A stretch of 64,000 nt of DNA from Adineta vaga. Taxonomy: Eukaryota > Animalia > Rotifera. Location: contig CP075492.1 in assembly GCA_021613535.1 (NCBI GenBank), forward strand, positions 19,282,001 through 19,346,000, read 5' to 3'. The notes under the pieces were generated by a model. That model was not told the origin of the DNA. It saw only the letters and a program-made list of their open reading frames with translations, and made no database searches. Below are positions 62,484 through 64,000 of this stretch, one piece after another; position 1 is the first letter of the stretch, and each line of letters begins with the position of its first letter. A program made the position numbers and the translations under genes.

Positions 62484-62681
62484 AACGAATGCAATAGTTG
62501 AAAGCTGCATTGTTGGATAAATATGCATGTTATATGTCGAAATGACTCTTTCGAAAGGAAAAAACCGAGCGGAGAGGATGATAAAAAAACCCAAATAAAG
62601 CCGACTATGTGTTAGTCATACAGTGAAGAGAGCCGGGCGGCACAACGAAAATATATTCTTGCACGTTCTCCTCTTCTAAGG

Positions 62682-62743
62682 TTTTGGGGTGTGAGTGTAA
62701 TAGATTGAAAAGAAACTTTAACCCATATCCCCACCCTCAATAT
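62682..62743. repeat. GT/CA hairpin element
   Basis: ttttggggtgtgagtg...acccatatccccaccctcaatat. Confidence 0.7.
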
Positions 62744-63649
62744 TCAATAGCTTAGCTTTTATTATCAATTCGATTTCCATTTCAAATTAAAAAAATTATA
62801 ACCGAAAAAGAGTTTTTATTGGTGCATATATCATTGTAATGCTGTCTGCCATTCTTAATTCTCGCTTAGTATTACCATGAATGAATGTTGTTGGGTGATG
62901 CAACTTTGTGTTCTACTAGTCCGACATATCAATACTTTTATTCTATTGTAAAGTTTCTTCATATTAATTTGTGTAATATTTCTCAATTATTTTTCTAAAG
63001 ATGTGGCCAATTTTACTAATGATTTTTCAGATAATTTTGCCAATAATACTTCTTCTCGCATTTAGTATAAACATATTTATTGAACTTTTTCATCAACAAT
63101 AACAAAAATTAGAATTCAAACAAGACCCACACCACAACAATTATTTCAAATCAATAATTTTGCTATTTTAGTTGTTTCAATCAATTATATATTAAGTTTA
63201 ATACAAAAAAGATTCGTTTTTTTAGAAAACATTCTTATATTGTTTTAGGCTTCTTTTTATATTCATTGTTTAACAATTCGATTATTTCATCAAAACTTTT
63301 TCAATGTAATGAACATCCTTCGAAATCATTGTGTAGCTGTTGCCATATACAATTCACAGGCACTGAATCAACTCAAAAATCAACTATTTCGTTTACGTGA
63401 AATTTAAAAAAAATTGAATTTTTGTAATAGTCTGAATGCTAATTCAATAAATTTCTTTCTCACTTAACGATCATTCGCGTCGTTCCATAAAAGTAATTTC
63501 AATTGAGTATGTTTTCATTAAATTTTCATAATCCGATACTTCCATGTTTTTCTTACTTGATCCCATATCTTCACTCTCGGAAAACAATTCAACAAGTTTT
63601 TCTTCTACTAGGAAAAACAAAAGCTTCATGTGAACGATCATATTATTAA

Positions 63650-64000
63650 TCAGTCGAAGTCAATAAACACCCCTATATGTTTAGGTAATATAGCCAGTCC
63701 CATTGAATGTCCACCAGTATTGATTTGCGAACCACCATCACGAAATGTGACATATTGCATCAATCGAGCAGCAATGACTTTCAATTCGAATCGAGCAAGA
63801 TCTTGTCCAACACATTGACGATGACCACCACCGAATGGAATGAATGCATAAGGATGATAATTTTTATCTTCAGTGAGAAATCTTTCAGGATAAAAAATTT
63901 CTGGATCAATCGACCAATATCGAGAATCATGTGCAAGATTATAAAATGGAATCATCACCGAATCACCTTTGAACAATTGAGTATTCGTTGCAGGTAATCG
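63650..64000 (-). CDS. Cytochrome P450, C-terminal part (runs off the window)
   Basis: FYPERF and heme-binding FIPFGGGHRQCVG. Confidence 0.93.
   Translation of the reverse strand, partial: RLPATNTQLFKGDSVMIPFYNLAHDSRYWSIDPEIFYPERFLTEDKNYHPYAFIPFGGGHRQCVGQDLARFELKVIAARLMQYVTFRDGGSQINTGGHSMGLAILPKHIGVFIDFD

Noticed and set aside
1166-62743. Hairpin family as a CRISPR array or bacterial integron
   Set aside because: Copies are dispersed at irregular kb spacing, no cas or tyrosine-integrase gene is present, genes have spliceosomal introns and mixed orientation; only the structural analogy is kept
1-64000. tRNA, rRNA or other structured RNA genes; bacterial contamination
   Set aside because: No recognisable RNA gene by eye; the foreign-looking genes are interspersed with intron-containing animal genes of similar base composition

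Overview
AT-rich eukaryotic genomic DNA with short GT-AG introns. The gene content (intron-poor class A GPCRs, NHL repeats, ART-TPR, F-box/LRR, bacterial-type Kelch, KDZ and maT transposases, several likely foreign genes) points to a bdelloid rotifer; this is inferred, not proven. The window holds about 20 apparently intact genes mixed with many truncated gene fragments. The main unexplained signal is a family of about 30 dispersed 40-140 bp imperfect palindromes, consensus (CC)ATCTTGAGGGTGTGGG...variable loop...CCCACACCCTCAAGAT(GG), built from telomere-like TGTGGG/TGAGGG hexamers. They lie outside intact coding exons and repeatedly sit exactly where gene fragments are cut off or a duplication ends. 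Other highlights: a histone H4 tail mimic lacking K5/K8/K12/K16 inside a VWA5A-like protein, a gene resembling a bacterial polymorphic-toxin domain, and several apparent pseudo-enzymes (E2 Cys>Tyr in two copies, capping enzyme KxDG>KPVG, ART Arg>Leu, UBL without GG). All family calls come from motif recognition by eye; no searches were run.
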